DNA from: Christensenellaceae bacterium
GTDB lineage: Bacteria > Bacillota > Clostridia > Christensenellales > CAG-138
NCBI GenBank assembly: GCA_031261085.1
Contig: JAISKB010000018.1
Location: 14,409-78,408, forward strand
Direction of reading: 5' to 3'
Length of the DNA stretch: 64,000 nucleotides
Shown here one piece after another: positions 54,805 to 63,186 of this stretch. The position numbers and the translations under genes were made by a program. The notes beneath the pieces are model-generated. The model made no database searches and was not told where the DNA came from. It saw only the letters and a list, made by a program, of their open reading frames with translations. Position 1 is the first letter of the stretch. Each line of letters starts with the position of its first letter.

Positions 54805-55214
54805 TACATATTCCGCCTAAAATTTCATGTGACACGGCGCCATTTTGGGCCGCCTGCAACGAGCGCACGCTGCAGCTTAGGCAATGTGAGGCGTGCGGCC
54901 ATATATACTGGCCGGCGGCGCCCTTTTGCCCGGCCTGCGCATCCGCCAACGTAAAATGGCAAAAGCTCACGGGGGAAGGCACCGTGTTTTCATATGTGGT
55001 ATTTCGGCAGGCGTTTGACGCAAGGCTGCAGGAGGCGATACCCTATGTGGTTGCGGTGATACGCCTGCGCGAGGGCCCCAAAATCGTATCCAACATCCTA
55101 TGCTGCCCGCCCGAAAAAATATTTATCGACATGCCGGTGCGGGTAGCCTGGAGCGAGGAAGGGATACAGCGCGTTCCGCAGTTTGTACCGTGCGGCACGG
55201 GGGCAAAAGCATGA
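54801..55214 (+). CDS. DUF35 Zn-ribbon/OB-fold protein (thiolase partner)
   Basis: CEACGHIYWPAAPFCPAC rubredoxin-like ribbon followed by an OB-fold block (GEGTVFSYVV...PYVVAVIRLREGP). ATGA overlaps on both sides. Confidence 0.8.
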   Translation: MIHIPPKISCDTAPFWAACNERTLQLRQCEACGHIYWPAAPFCPACASANVKWQKLTGEGTVFSYVVFRQAFDARLQEAIPYVVAVIRLREGPKIVSNILCCPPEKIFIDMPVRVAWSEEGIQRVPQFVPCGTGAKA

Positions 55215-56545
55215 AGGTTTTAATCATAGGCGGCAACGCCGCGGGCATGAGCGCCGCCTCCAAGCTAAAGCGCAGCATGCCGCAAACGCAGGTTGTCGTT
55301 TTTGAGCGCGGCGAAGAAACCTCCTATGGCGCCTGCGGCCTGCCTTATTACATAAGCGGGGAAAACCCGGATATCGACCTTGTGCGCATACGCAAGCCCG
55401 ATGCATTTTTGCAGGAAGGGATAGACCTGCGCCTGCGGCATACGGTAGCAAGTGTGGATACCGAAGCAAAAACCGTGGCGGTGCTAAACGGCGCGGGTGG
55501 GGAAGCCTATGAGGAAACATATGACAGGCTGATCATAGCGAGCGGGGCCGCGCCCATCGTGCCGAATTGGCCCGGCGTGAGCTTAAAAAACATATTCTCG
55601 CTAAAAACAATCTCCGATGCCGAGGCAATTAAGCGCTGCCTTGCGCAGCCGGGTATAAGGCGCGTGGCGATTGTAGGCGGTGGGTATATCGGGCTTGAGA
55701 TTGCCGAAGCCTGCATACGGCTGAAAAAGGAGGTGCGCATACTGGAAGCGGCGCCACACTGCCTCCCCGCATTTGACCCGGAATTTGGCGCGGCCGTGAA
55801 ACGGGAGCTTGAAAATCACGGCGCACAGGTGCATACGGGCGAGAGGGTGGCGGCCTTTACGGGCGAAGAAGCGCTGAGCGGCATACTTACGGAAAGCGGT
55901 GCGCGATATGAAGCGGATGCGGCTATCATCGCTATAGGCGTGCGGCCCAATACGCGGTTTTTCCGCCCGGAGCAAATCCATATGCTGGGGAATGGGGCGC
56001 TTATTGTGGATGCTGCGATGCGCACCAGCGCCACCGATATTTATGCGGCGGGGGATTGCGCCACCGTGTACCACAGGCTGCTGGATGCGCCCGTATACCT
56101 TCCCTTGGCCACAAACGCAAACAAACAGGGCCGGTTGGCGGCGGTAAGCGTGCTGGGCGGCGATGTATCCCTAAAGAGGGCGCTTGGTACAAGCATGCTG
56201 CGGTGCCTAAAGCTGGAGTTTGGCAAAACCGGCCTTACGCAAGCGGAGGCGCAGGCGCATTGCCTAAGAGCAAAAAGCATTACCATACAGGCAAAAACGC
56301 ACGCCCGTTATTACCCCGGCAGCGCCGATATCACCATACGCCTTTGCTACAACAGCGAAACAAAGGTGATACTGGGGGCGCAGCTGATGGGCGAAAAGGA
56401 AACGGCGTGGAGGACGGATGTGCTGGCCTGCGCGATAGACCGGGGCATGACGACGGAGGAGCTGGGTTACCTGGATTTGGCGTATTCCCCCATCTATGCA
56501 TCCGTGTGGGACCCAATACTCATAGCGGCGAATGCGGCAAAATGA
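55211..56545 (+). CDS. pyridine nucleotide-disulfide oxidoreductase, CoA-disulfide reductase/NADH oxidase-like
   Basis: MKVLIIGGNAAGMSAA (FAD motif), a single redox Cys in SYGACGLPYYI, and a second Rossmann motif VAIVGGGYIGLE. No rhodanese extension. Confidence 0.8.
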   Translation: MKVLIIGGNAAGMSAASKLKRSMPQTQVVVFERGEETSYGACGLPYYISGENPDIDLVRIRKPDAFLQEGIDLRLRHTVASVDTEAKTVAVLNGAGGEAYEETYDRLIIASGAAPIVPNWPGVSLKNIFSLKTISDAEAIKRCLAQPGIRRVAIVGGGYIGLEIAEACIRLKKEVRILEAAPHCLPAFDPEFGAAVKRELENHGAQVHTGERVAAFTGEEALSGILTESGARYEADAAIIAIGVRPNTRFFRPEQIHMLGNGALIVDAAMRTSATDIYAAGDCATVYHRLLDAPVYLPLATNANKQGRLAAVSVLGGDVSLKRALGTSMLRCLKLEFGKTGLTQAEAQAHCLRAKSITIQAKTHARYYPGSADITIRLCYNSETKVILGAQLMGEKETAWRTDVLACAIDRGMTTEELGYLDLAYSPIYASVWDPILIAANAAK

Positions 56546-56557
56546 AGGAGCGTGCCT

Positions 56558-57094
56558 ATGAATAACGCAGAATTGGCGGCGCACAACAAAAACCGCCGCA
56601 TCACGCAGGTTTGCTATGTTACGGATGATTACACGCGCACAATACAATATCTGTATCATGCGCTGCAATTTGGGCCGTGGAAAATTCTTTCCCTTTCAAG
56701 CGGGAATACCTCCAACGTAAGGCTGGAGGGAAAGCCTGTGGAAGAGCCGTTTGCGTTTGCCGTGGCGTTATGCTATATCGGCGCTATGCAGCTGGAGGTG
56801 GTTCAGCCGCTTCATGGCCCTACCGTATATGAAAGGTTTTTAAAGGAGCGCGGCCCCGGCATCCATCATATAAAAGAGAGCATGCCACGCGGTCAGGTGG
56901 AGGCGTTTATGCAAAAGGCCGCCGTGCAGGGGCACCGGGAAGCGTTTCATGGGGATGGCTTCCAGGGGGAAGAGGATGTGGACGGGTTTTGGTATATAGA
57001 TACCTACGCGCAGCTGGGCGCATATTATGAGCTTGGCAACAGTCCCGCCGTGCACCTGGCGGCGGATCAATATACGATGTGGCCGCAGGAGTAA
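56558..57094 (+). CDS. VOC (glyoxalase/bleomycin-resistance/dioxygenase) family protein
   Basis: 178 aa with paired beta-alpha-beta-beta-beta pattern, ...QLEVVQPLHGPTVYERFLKERGPGIHHI... GAAGGAG RBS 7 nt upstream of the ATG. Confidence 0.65.
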   Translation: MNNAELAAHNKNRRITQVCYVTDDYTRTIQYLYHALQFGPWKILSLSSGNTSNVRLEGKPVEEPFAFAVALCYIGAMQLEVVQPLHGPTVYERFLKERGPGIHHIKESMPRGQVEAFMQKAAVQGHREAFHGDGFQGEEDVDGFWYIDTYAQLGAYYELGNSPAVHLAADQYTMWPQE

Positions 57095-57112
57095 AGAATT
57101 TATATTTACCAG

Positions 57113-57148
57113 TTGACAGAAAAAGCATAGCATGATATTATTAATTAA
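57113..57148 (+). promoter_or_regulatory. promoter of the transaldolase gene carrying the same TATTAATTAA motif
   Basis: TTGACA (57113-57118), 17-nt spacer, TATTAT (57136-57141) with a TGa extension. TATTAATTAA at 57139-57148 overlaps the -10. Confidence 0.6.
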
Positions 57149-57271
57149 AATAAATACTTAAATGAATGAATTATAAAAACAAATAAACAAACTTATCGCG
57201 TTCTATGCCAAAAAGGGCTATTCATAAGCAGGGTATACAAATAAAAAACCGGCAGGTATCGGAGGTAAAAA

Positions 57272-57925
57272 ATGAGACTTTTCGTTGATTCTGCAAACTT
57301 GAGGGATATTGAAACGGCGTTTGATATGGGCATCATATCGGGTGTTACGACAAACCCGGTGCTCATTCATAAAGAATGCCCGGAAAACAAGCTCAAGCAG
57401 CATATTCAAAGCATACGTTCCATTTGCGATGGAGAGATTTTAACGCAGGTCGTGGGCAGCACTGCAAAAGAAATGGTGCGTCAGGCCAAGGAAATCAATT
57501 CTTGGGATAGCAACATTACCGTGAAGATCCCCCTCGTGCGGGAAGGGATTAAGGCCGTGTCCATGCTGCAAAAAGAGGGCGGCATACGCACTTGCAACAC
57601 GATTACCTTCAATGCGGGGCAGGCGCTTGCGGCGGCCATGGCAGGCGCAACCTATATATCACCATTTTACAACAGGGCGAATAAGGATACGAATTGCGGG
57701 CTGCAGATGATGGAAGCCATCACGCAGATATTCCGCGTAAACGCGCTCAAAACCAAAATATTGGTTGCGAGCATTGACAAACCCATGGATGTGGTGAACC
57801 TGGCCATGCTGGGCGTTGATGTGATTACCGCGCCCCTGCCCGTGTGGGAGGGCCTGTTTGAAAACACATTGACCGACGCCGTACTCGCTAAATTCCTGAA
57901 AGACTGGAAAGGAGATGAAATTTGA
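57272..57925 (+). CDS. transaldolase family 3B / fructose-6-phosphate aldolase-like
   Basis: 217 aa reading MRLFVDSANLRDIE...GVTTNP, with the Schiff-base Lys in ITVKIP and then ISPFYNR. GGAGGT RBS. Confidence 0.88.
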   Translation: MRLFVDSANLRDIETAFDMGIISGVTTNPVLIHKECPENKLKQHIQSIRSICDGEILTQVVGSTAKEMVRQAKEINSWDSNITVKIPLVREGIKAVSMLQKEGGIRTCNTITFNAGQALAAAMAGATYISPFYNRANKDTNCGLQMMEAITQIFRVNALKTKILVASIDKPMDVVNLAMLGVDVITAPLPVWEGLFENTLTDAVLAKFLKDWKGDEI

Positions 57926-57927
57926 TT

Positions 57928-57950
57928 TATAATTAATTTGGTTAATTATA
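57928..57950. promoter_or_regulatory. perfect 9-bp inverted repeat upstream of the ROK gene (candidate operator)
   Basis: TATAATTAA-tttgg-TTAATTATA lies 3 nt after the transaldolase stop and 65 nt before the ROK ATG. It shares the TAATTAA core with 50259-50277 and 57139-57148. Confidence 0.5.
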
Positions 57951-58014
57951 TAAAGCCGCTGTGCAGGTATCCGGCTTGTATAAAAACCAAATTTATAGGA
58001 AAGAAACAGGAATT

Positions 58015-59256
58015 ATGAGCACAGAAGTATTATCGCTACAGCAGAGGGGCAAAAACCTCGAAAGCGTTCAGGAGATGAACCGGGCCTCGGTTCTGCGGAT
58101 TATGATGAAGCGCAGCACGTGCTCGCGTGCAGAAATCGCCAGGGAGCTTGGTTTAAAGCAGGCGACCATTACAAACATCATCAACGATTTTTTGAGTTGG
58201 GGATTGGTTGTGGAAACGAGCCTGCTGAGCGGAAAAAAGGGAAGACGAAGCATAGGTGTGCAAATCAGCCAAAAGTCGTTTTATGTGATTGGCGTGCGGC
58301 TGCGCCGTACCAGCTATAAAGTAGGGCTTTTTGATATATATGGCGAGAACATCGTGATGGAAAAGTACCCTTACGATAAAAAACTGGGCCCCATGCGCGT
58401 GGTGCGCATGATGCGCGAAAGCATAGAAAACATGCTGCAAGCGCATGCGGATAAGCGCATCGTGGCAATAGGCGTGGCGGTGCCGGGGCCGTATTTTTCC
58501 GAAAAAGGCATGATATCCTCTATGACGGAGTTCCCGGGGTGGGAAGACATCCCGTTCCAGGAAGAGATGGCAAAGGGCTTTAGCATACCGGTCATCGTAG
58601 ACCACGACTCAAACGCCGGCGCGCTGGCGGAATGGTGGCTGGCGACAAACGAGCAGTTGTCGGGCACGCTCGTGTACATCGGCGCAGGCGACGGGATAGG
58701 CGCGGGCATATTGCACGATGGCGCGGTGTTCCGCGGCGCGATGGGGATAGCGGGCGAAATAGGGCATGCCAGCATAAACAAGGATGGGCCGGTGTGCGAA
58801 TGCGGGAACAGGGGCTGCCTTACAAACTATGTATCTACGCCGTATATGGCGCAAAGGATTAACGGGGCGCTTGCGGATTACCCCGGAACGATACTGAAAA
58901 GGGATAGCAGCTTTTTCGAAATCGTTGAGGCGATCAACAAAAAGGATCCGCTGGCGCTTTATGTATTCCGCGATGTAATGGGCAGCTTATCCATAGGGAT
59001 TATCAACGTTATATGCGCATATGGGCCAAATGAAATTATTATTTCGGACAGGTTCAGCCTGATTGGCGAGAGCATTATCGATACGCTGATGGAGATGGTT
59101 ACAGAGAAGGCCAAACGGAATTACTTTGAAAACGTTACGCTCCGCTTGGGCTCATTCACAAAGGATTCGTCCTTTATAGGCGCCGCGGCGCTGGCGATAG
59201 ACTACTGCTTTGGGAATTCAAACATATTCGAGCGAAGCGCAGGCGCGCAGGCATAA
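58015..59256 (+). CDS. ROK-family transcriptional regulator
   Basis: N-terminal winged helix-turn-helix (NRASVLRIMMKRSTCSRAEIARELGLKQATITNIINDF) plus a ROK sugar-kinase-like domain with the Zn motif CECGNRGCL. Confidence 0.88.
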   Translation: MSTEVLSLQQRGKNLESVQEMNRASVLRIMMKRSTCSRAEIARELGLKQATITNIINDFLSWGLVVETSLLSGKKGRRSIGVQISQKSFYVIGVRLRRTSYKVGLFDIYGENIVMEKYPYDKKLGPMRVVRMMRESIENMLQAHADKRIVAIGVAVPGPYFSEKGMISSMTEFPGWEDIPFQEEMAKGFSIPVIVDHDSNAGALAEWWLATNEQLSGTLVYIGAGDGIGAGILHDGAVFRGAMGIAGEIGHASINKDGPVCECGNRGCLTNYVSTPYMAQRINGALADYPGTILKRDSSFFEIVEAINKKDPLALYVFRDVMGSLSIGIINVICAYGPNEIIISDRFSLIGESIIDTLMEMVTEKAKRNYFENVTLRLGSFTKDSSFIGAAALAIDYCFGNSNIFERSAGAQA

Positions 59257-59410
59257 GCAGCAAAACAGACGGCAGGCAATTAGGAGAAGCCTTATACAAC
59301 AACATAGTGGTATGCGGCCCGCGATGCTTTTTGCGATGCAGGCTTGGGGTAGTTTACGCTTTGTTGGCGGCAGTAAAAACGCAATTTGGTTGTGAGGAAG
59401 AGGAGACGAT

Positions 59411-59884
59411 ATGAAAGTTGCAATGGGCGCAGAGCGGTTTGGGTATCCGCTTAAAGAAATTCTCGCAAAGCACCTTGTTGGGCAGGGGCATGAGATTATC
59501 GATTTTGGAATGTATGACTTGGAAAACAAACTCAGCTACATTTATGTGAGCGATGAAGTTTCGAAGGCCGTGGCATCCGGCGCGGCGGAGCGCGGTATCG
59601 TACTATGCTCCAGCGGTATGGGCGTCGCCATAGTGGCCAACAAGCATAAGGGCGTGCACTGCGCGCTGGTGGAAAGTGTGGATACGGCGCGTATGAGCCG
59701 GGAAATCAACGACGCGAATGTGCTTGCGCTTGGCGGTTCCGTTGTGGACGCGGCGCTTGCCACACAGATGGTGGACGCTTTTATGACGACGGAATTTGCA
59801 AGCGCGGGTGACGCGGCGCGGGCGGCATTGCTGCGCAGCCTAATCAACGAGGTAAAGGCGATGGAGGATGGGAACTTCAAATAA
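59411..59884 (+). CDS. rpiB: RpiB/LacA/LacB-family sugar-phosphate isomerase
   Basis: 157 aa with ERGIVLCSSGMGVAIVANKHKGV (catalytic Cys block) and NVLALGG. Specificity (ribose-5-P or another sugar) is not determinable. Confidence 0.85.
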   Translation: MKVAMGAERFGYPLKEILAKHLVGQGHEIIDFGMYDLENKLSYIYVSDEVSKAVASGAAERGIVLCSSGMGVAIVANKHKGVHCALVESVDTARMSREINDANVLALGGSVVDAALATQMVDAFMTTEFASAGDAARAALLRSLINEVKAMEDGNFK

Positions 59885-59953
59885 TTGCCAAAAAAATATT
59901 GAGAGGCAAAGGCGGTTGAAGAGGAAAACTTCAAATAATCGCCAAAAAAATAT
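59873..59953. repeat. 27-bp direct repeat duplicating the rpiB 3' end
   Basis: AACTTCAAATAATTGCCAAAAAAATAT (59873-59899, includes the rpiB stop) matches AACTTCAAATAATCGCCAAAAAAATAT (59927-59953) at 26/27, with a 54-bp offset. Confidence 0.85.
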
Positions 59954-59968
59954 AAACAGGAGGGAATC

Positions 59969-61291
59969 ATGAAAAAACTACTCTCACTCTTTGTAGCGCT
60001 GGCGATGATGTTATCGCTGACGGCCTGCACAACCGGGGCGCCGAACAGCACTGCCCCCGCGGGCACACCTGCCGCAACGGTGGAGAAGCCCGTGGCGGCG
60101 CCGGGAGAAACCGGCGATGTGGAAACGATAAAAATCGGCGTGCTGTTCCCTATGTCGGGTGGCTCGGCATCTTCGGGCAACCTATCATGGATGGGAACCC
60201 AAATGGCGGTGGATTACTTCAATAACAACGGCGGATTTAAAAACTTGAACGCGGCAGTTGAACTGGTGCTCATCGATACTGAGACCAAACCCGATGTAGC
60301 GGCCTCGGCATTTGAACGCCTTGTAACAGAAGAAAACGTTATTGGCGTAGTTGGCAACTTTAACAGCGCTACAAGCGCTACCTGTGTTCCCATGGCAATT
60401 AAATATGGTGTTCCTTATATTATTTCCGCATGCGCGAACGATAACCTGATGGAACAGGAAAATGATTATGTTTATCGGGTGGGCGCCGGGAATGCGGAAG
60501 TATATCAGAAGCGCATAGAATTTATTCAGTGGCTTGGCAATGCGACGGATGTGAAGACCGGCTCAATTATCTACAGCGCGGATGATTTTGGCGCGCAGAC
60601 TTCGGAGAGTTGGGCAAGCGTGCTTAAAGACGCCGGGATCGACATCATATTAACCGAATCGATTCAGGGGGGAGCTTCTGATTTAAGCGGCATAGTAAAC
60701 AAATTGAAGGCGTCTGACCCTGATTTGGCAATTGTCGTGCTTAATACGAATGAGGCGGTGCTATTCCAAAAGGGGCTCAAGGAGTATAATTGTAACGTTC
60801 CGATTCTGGCAGGCGGCGCTGGATATATGGAGCCTACTTTTATTGACACCGTAGGGAAAGATGCCGCAGAATATGTGTTTGTGAATACCGGATGGATACC
60901 CGATTCATTATCGAATTCTCCGGCTGTTGCTACCGACCTTGTGAATGAAGCATTGGCCAAATACGGCTATGAGTTTGCAGAAGCTTCTATGTATGCGTGG
61001 GCATCCACGGCAGTTTTGATAGATGCGATTGACAGAGCGGGAGTAATTGACAGAGAAGCTGTTGCGCAGGCCCTTAAGACGACGGATCTTGATAAGGATC
61101 ATTGGGTAAACATGTATACAAACTTGAGCGGAATTAAGTTTGGAACGGTAGATGGGCGCTATAATGTAAATGTAAACGTATTGTCCTTCTGCGCACAGGT
61201 TGTAGATGGCGAATGGAGAATAGTATGGCCGGACGATAATATTGCGGATAATCCTCTTGTGTGGCCCATTCCGAATTGGGACGAGCGTTAA
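59969..61291 (+). CDS. ABC transporter substrate-binding lipoprotein, LivK/Peripla_BP_6 type (ligand unknown)
   Basis: Lipobox LSLTAC, IKIGVLFPMSGG, and typical cluster-B SBP blocks. GGAGGG RBS. Confidence 0.85.
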   Translation: MKKLLSLFVALAMMLSLTACTTGAPNSTAPAGTPAATVEKPVAAPGETGDVETIKIGVLFPMSGGSASSGNLSWMGTQMAVDYFNNNGGFKNLNAAVELVLIDTETKPDVAASAFERLVTEENVIGVVGNFNSATSATCVPMAIKYGVPYIISACANDNLMEQENDYVYRVGAGNAEVYQKRIEFIQWLGNATDVKTGSIIYSADDFGAQTSESWASVLKDAGIDIILTESIQGGASDLSGIVNKLKASDPDLAIVVLNTNEAVLFQKGLKEYNCNVPILAGGAGYMEPTFIDTVGKDAAEYVFVNTGWIPDSLSNSPAVATDLVNEALAKYGYEFAEASMYAWASTAVLIDAIDRAGVIDREAVAQALKTTDLDKDHWVNMYTNLSGIKFGTVDGRYNVNVNVLSFCAQVVDGEWRIVWPDDNIADNPLVWPIPNWDER

Positions 61292-61327
61292 CCAAAAAGC
61301 TGTAAGCATGGAAATGGGGTGAGCAAA

Positions 61328-62104
61328 ATGGGGATAGAAGGGAAAGTAACTGCTGTTGTGGGCGGCGGGAGTGGCATTGGTGCAGGAATTTGTGAGCACT
61401 TTGCCGCCAAAGGGGCGAAGGTGGCGGTTTGTGATGTAAATGCGCAAAAGGCGCAGGATGTTGCGGACAGGATAGTAAAAGCCGGAGGAACGGCAATTGC
61501 CATGTGCTTTGATGTGCGGCATCGCCAAGAGATTGAGAAAAGCTTCCTATCAATCGAAAACGAGCTTGGTGAACTGGATGTTTTGGTGAATAGTGCCGGT
61601 ATATCTATAATCGTACCTTGCTTGGAGTGTACAGAAGAGATATGGGATTTGACGCTCGATATCAATCTAAAAGGCACGTTCCAATGCTGCCAGGCAGCGT
61701 TGCGGCATATGGCGCCCCGCAAACGCGGCTCCATTATCAACATCTCCTCCCAATCCGGTAAAGTGGGGCATACTGAATACCAGGCATATTGTGCCAGCAA
61801 ATTCGGTATTATTGGCGTTACCCAATCGCTTGCGGCAGAGTTTGCGCCTTTGGGAATTCGTGTAAATGCCATATGTCCCGGGATTGTGATGACGCAAATG
61901 TGGAAGGAACAGCTTCCTTCATATTGTAAAAAGCACCATTTTTCTGCCGAAGAAGCGGTGCCCTATATGGAAGGGAATATACCAATGCACCGATTGGGGA
62001 CGGTAGAGGATGTTGCGAATGTTGCGGAGTTTCTTGCGTGGAGCGAGTCAAGCTACATCACTGGCCAATCCATAAATGTCGTAGGCGGCTATATTATGCA
62101 TTGA
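61328..62104 (+). CDS. SDR-family oxidoreductase
   Basis: VVGGGSGIGAGI (TGxxxGxG-like), NSAG, and the catalytic YxxxK in YCASKFG. The start could be the ATG at 61328 or the GTG at 61319. Confidence 0.88.
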   Translation: MGIEGKVTAVVGGGSGIGAGICEHFAAKGAKVAVCDVNAQKAQDVADRIVKAGGTAIAMCFDVRHRQEIEKSFLSIENELGELDVLVNSAGISIIVPCLECTEEIWDLTLDINLKGTFQCCQAALRHMAPRKRGSIINISSQSGKVGHTEYQAYCASKFGIIGVTQSLAAEFAPLGIRVNAICPGIVMTQMWKEQLPSYCKKHHFSAEEAVPYMEGNIPMHRLGTVEDVANVAEFLAWSESSYITGQSINVVGGYIMH

Positions 62105-62160
62105 GCGGTCATTGCAGAATGAAAGGCCCTCCATTAGCAAAACATAAGTGTATGAAGTTG

Positions 62161-62191
62161 GGTGATATGCGGGGCAGTCCTGCATATCACC
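62161..62191 (+). other. perfect 10-bp (extendable to 13-bp) hairpin in the SDR-permease spacer
   Basis: GGTGATATGC-ggggcagtcct-GCATATCACC with no U-run. It may be a processing or stability element. Confidence 0.5.
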
Positions 62192-62283
62192 GGCTTATCG
62201 CAAGGGTACTTGGGAACTGAATTATTACTATAGTAACAACAGGTTGATGGGCAAAAGCATCCGCCTGTGGAAGGTTAGTAAAA

Positions 62284-63174
62284 ATGGCAACAATTTATTT
62301 GCAAGCCTTAATTGATGGGATTTTACAGGGCGGCGTATACGCCACGATCGCGGTGGGACTTAGCTTATGCTTTGGTGTCATGGGGATCATTAATTGGGCG
62401 CACGGGGAAACGTTGATGGTAGGGATGTATATTTCCTATCTTTGCGTTCAGCATTTGGGGATGGATCCATATTTAACGATATTCATTACGGCCACAGTAT
62501 TGTTTGTTTTTGGCTTTTTGCTTCAAAAATTTGTTTTTAATGATTTGCTCAAGAGAGAGGTGGCAAGGGAGCCGCTGAGTGTGCTATTATCTACCGCAGG
62601 CTTGTCGATGGTGCTTTGGAATTGCATGACGATGATATTCGGTTCTTTTGTTATGGGGGTTAATACAAAATATTCGGGAACGACGATTCGACTTAATGAT
62701 TTGATTATTTCCAGACCTAGATTGATATCGTTTTGCATTGCATTGGTTGTAACGGGGGCACTTTACCTGTTTTTGCAAAAATCAGAGCAAGGCAGGGCGT
62801 TGCGAGCAACGGCTCAAAATAGAACGGTAGCGCGGCTGATGGGCATCAATATTGAATTGCTGTTTTGCTTGGCCTTTGGCCTTAGCTTGGCGCTGGTGGG
62901 CGTTTCGAGCGCACTGCTTATTCCAACCTTCCAAATATATCCGAAGGTAGGGGCGGTTTTTTCCAATAAATCATTTATAATCGTGGTGTTGGGCGGAAAG
63001 GGAGATGTAAAGGGAGCACTTATAGGCGGGCTGATTATTGGGATAATTGAGCGGGTTGGCGCGGTATTGCTAAATGAATCCTATGCTTTGGAACTCACGT
63101 ATGTGCTGTTCATAATAATCCTCCTGTTTATGCCGGAAGGCCTCTTTAACAGGAAGAGCAAAATGAAGGGTTAA
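62284..63174 (+). CDS. ABC transporter permease, LivH type
   Basis: 296 aa, polytopic, with N-terminal LQALIDGILQGGVYATIAVGLSL and the INWAHGE motif typical of HAAT-family permeases. Confidence 0.88.
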   Translation: MATIYLQALIDGILQGGVYATIAVGLSLCFGVMGIINWAHGETLMVGMYISYLCVQHLGMDPYLTIFITATVLFVFGFLLQKFVFNDLLKREVAREPLSVLLSTAGLSMVLWNCMTMIFGSFVMGVNTKYSGTTIRLNDLIISRPRLISFCIALVVTGALYLFLQKSEQGRALRATAQNRTVARLMGINIELLFCLAFGLSLALVGVSSALLIPTFQIYPKVGAVFSNKSFIIVVLGGKGDVKGALIGGLIIGIIERVGAVLLNESYALELTYVLFIIILLFMPEGLFNRKSKMKG

Positions 63175-63186
63175 TGGGTGGCATGT

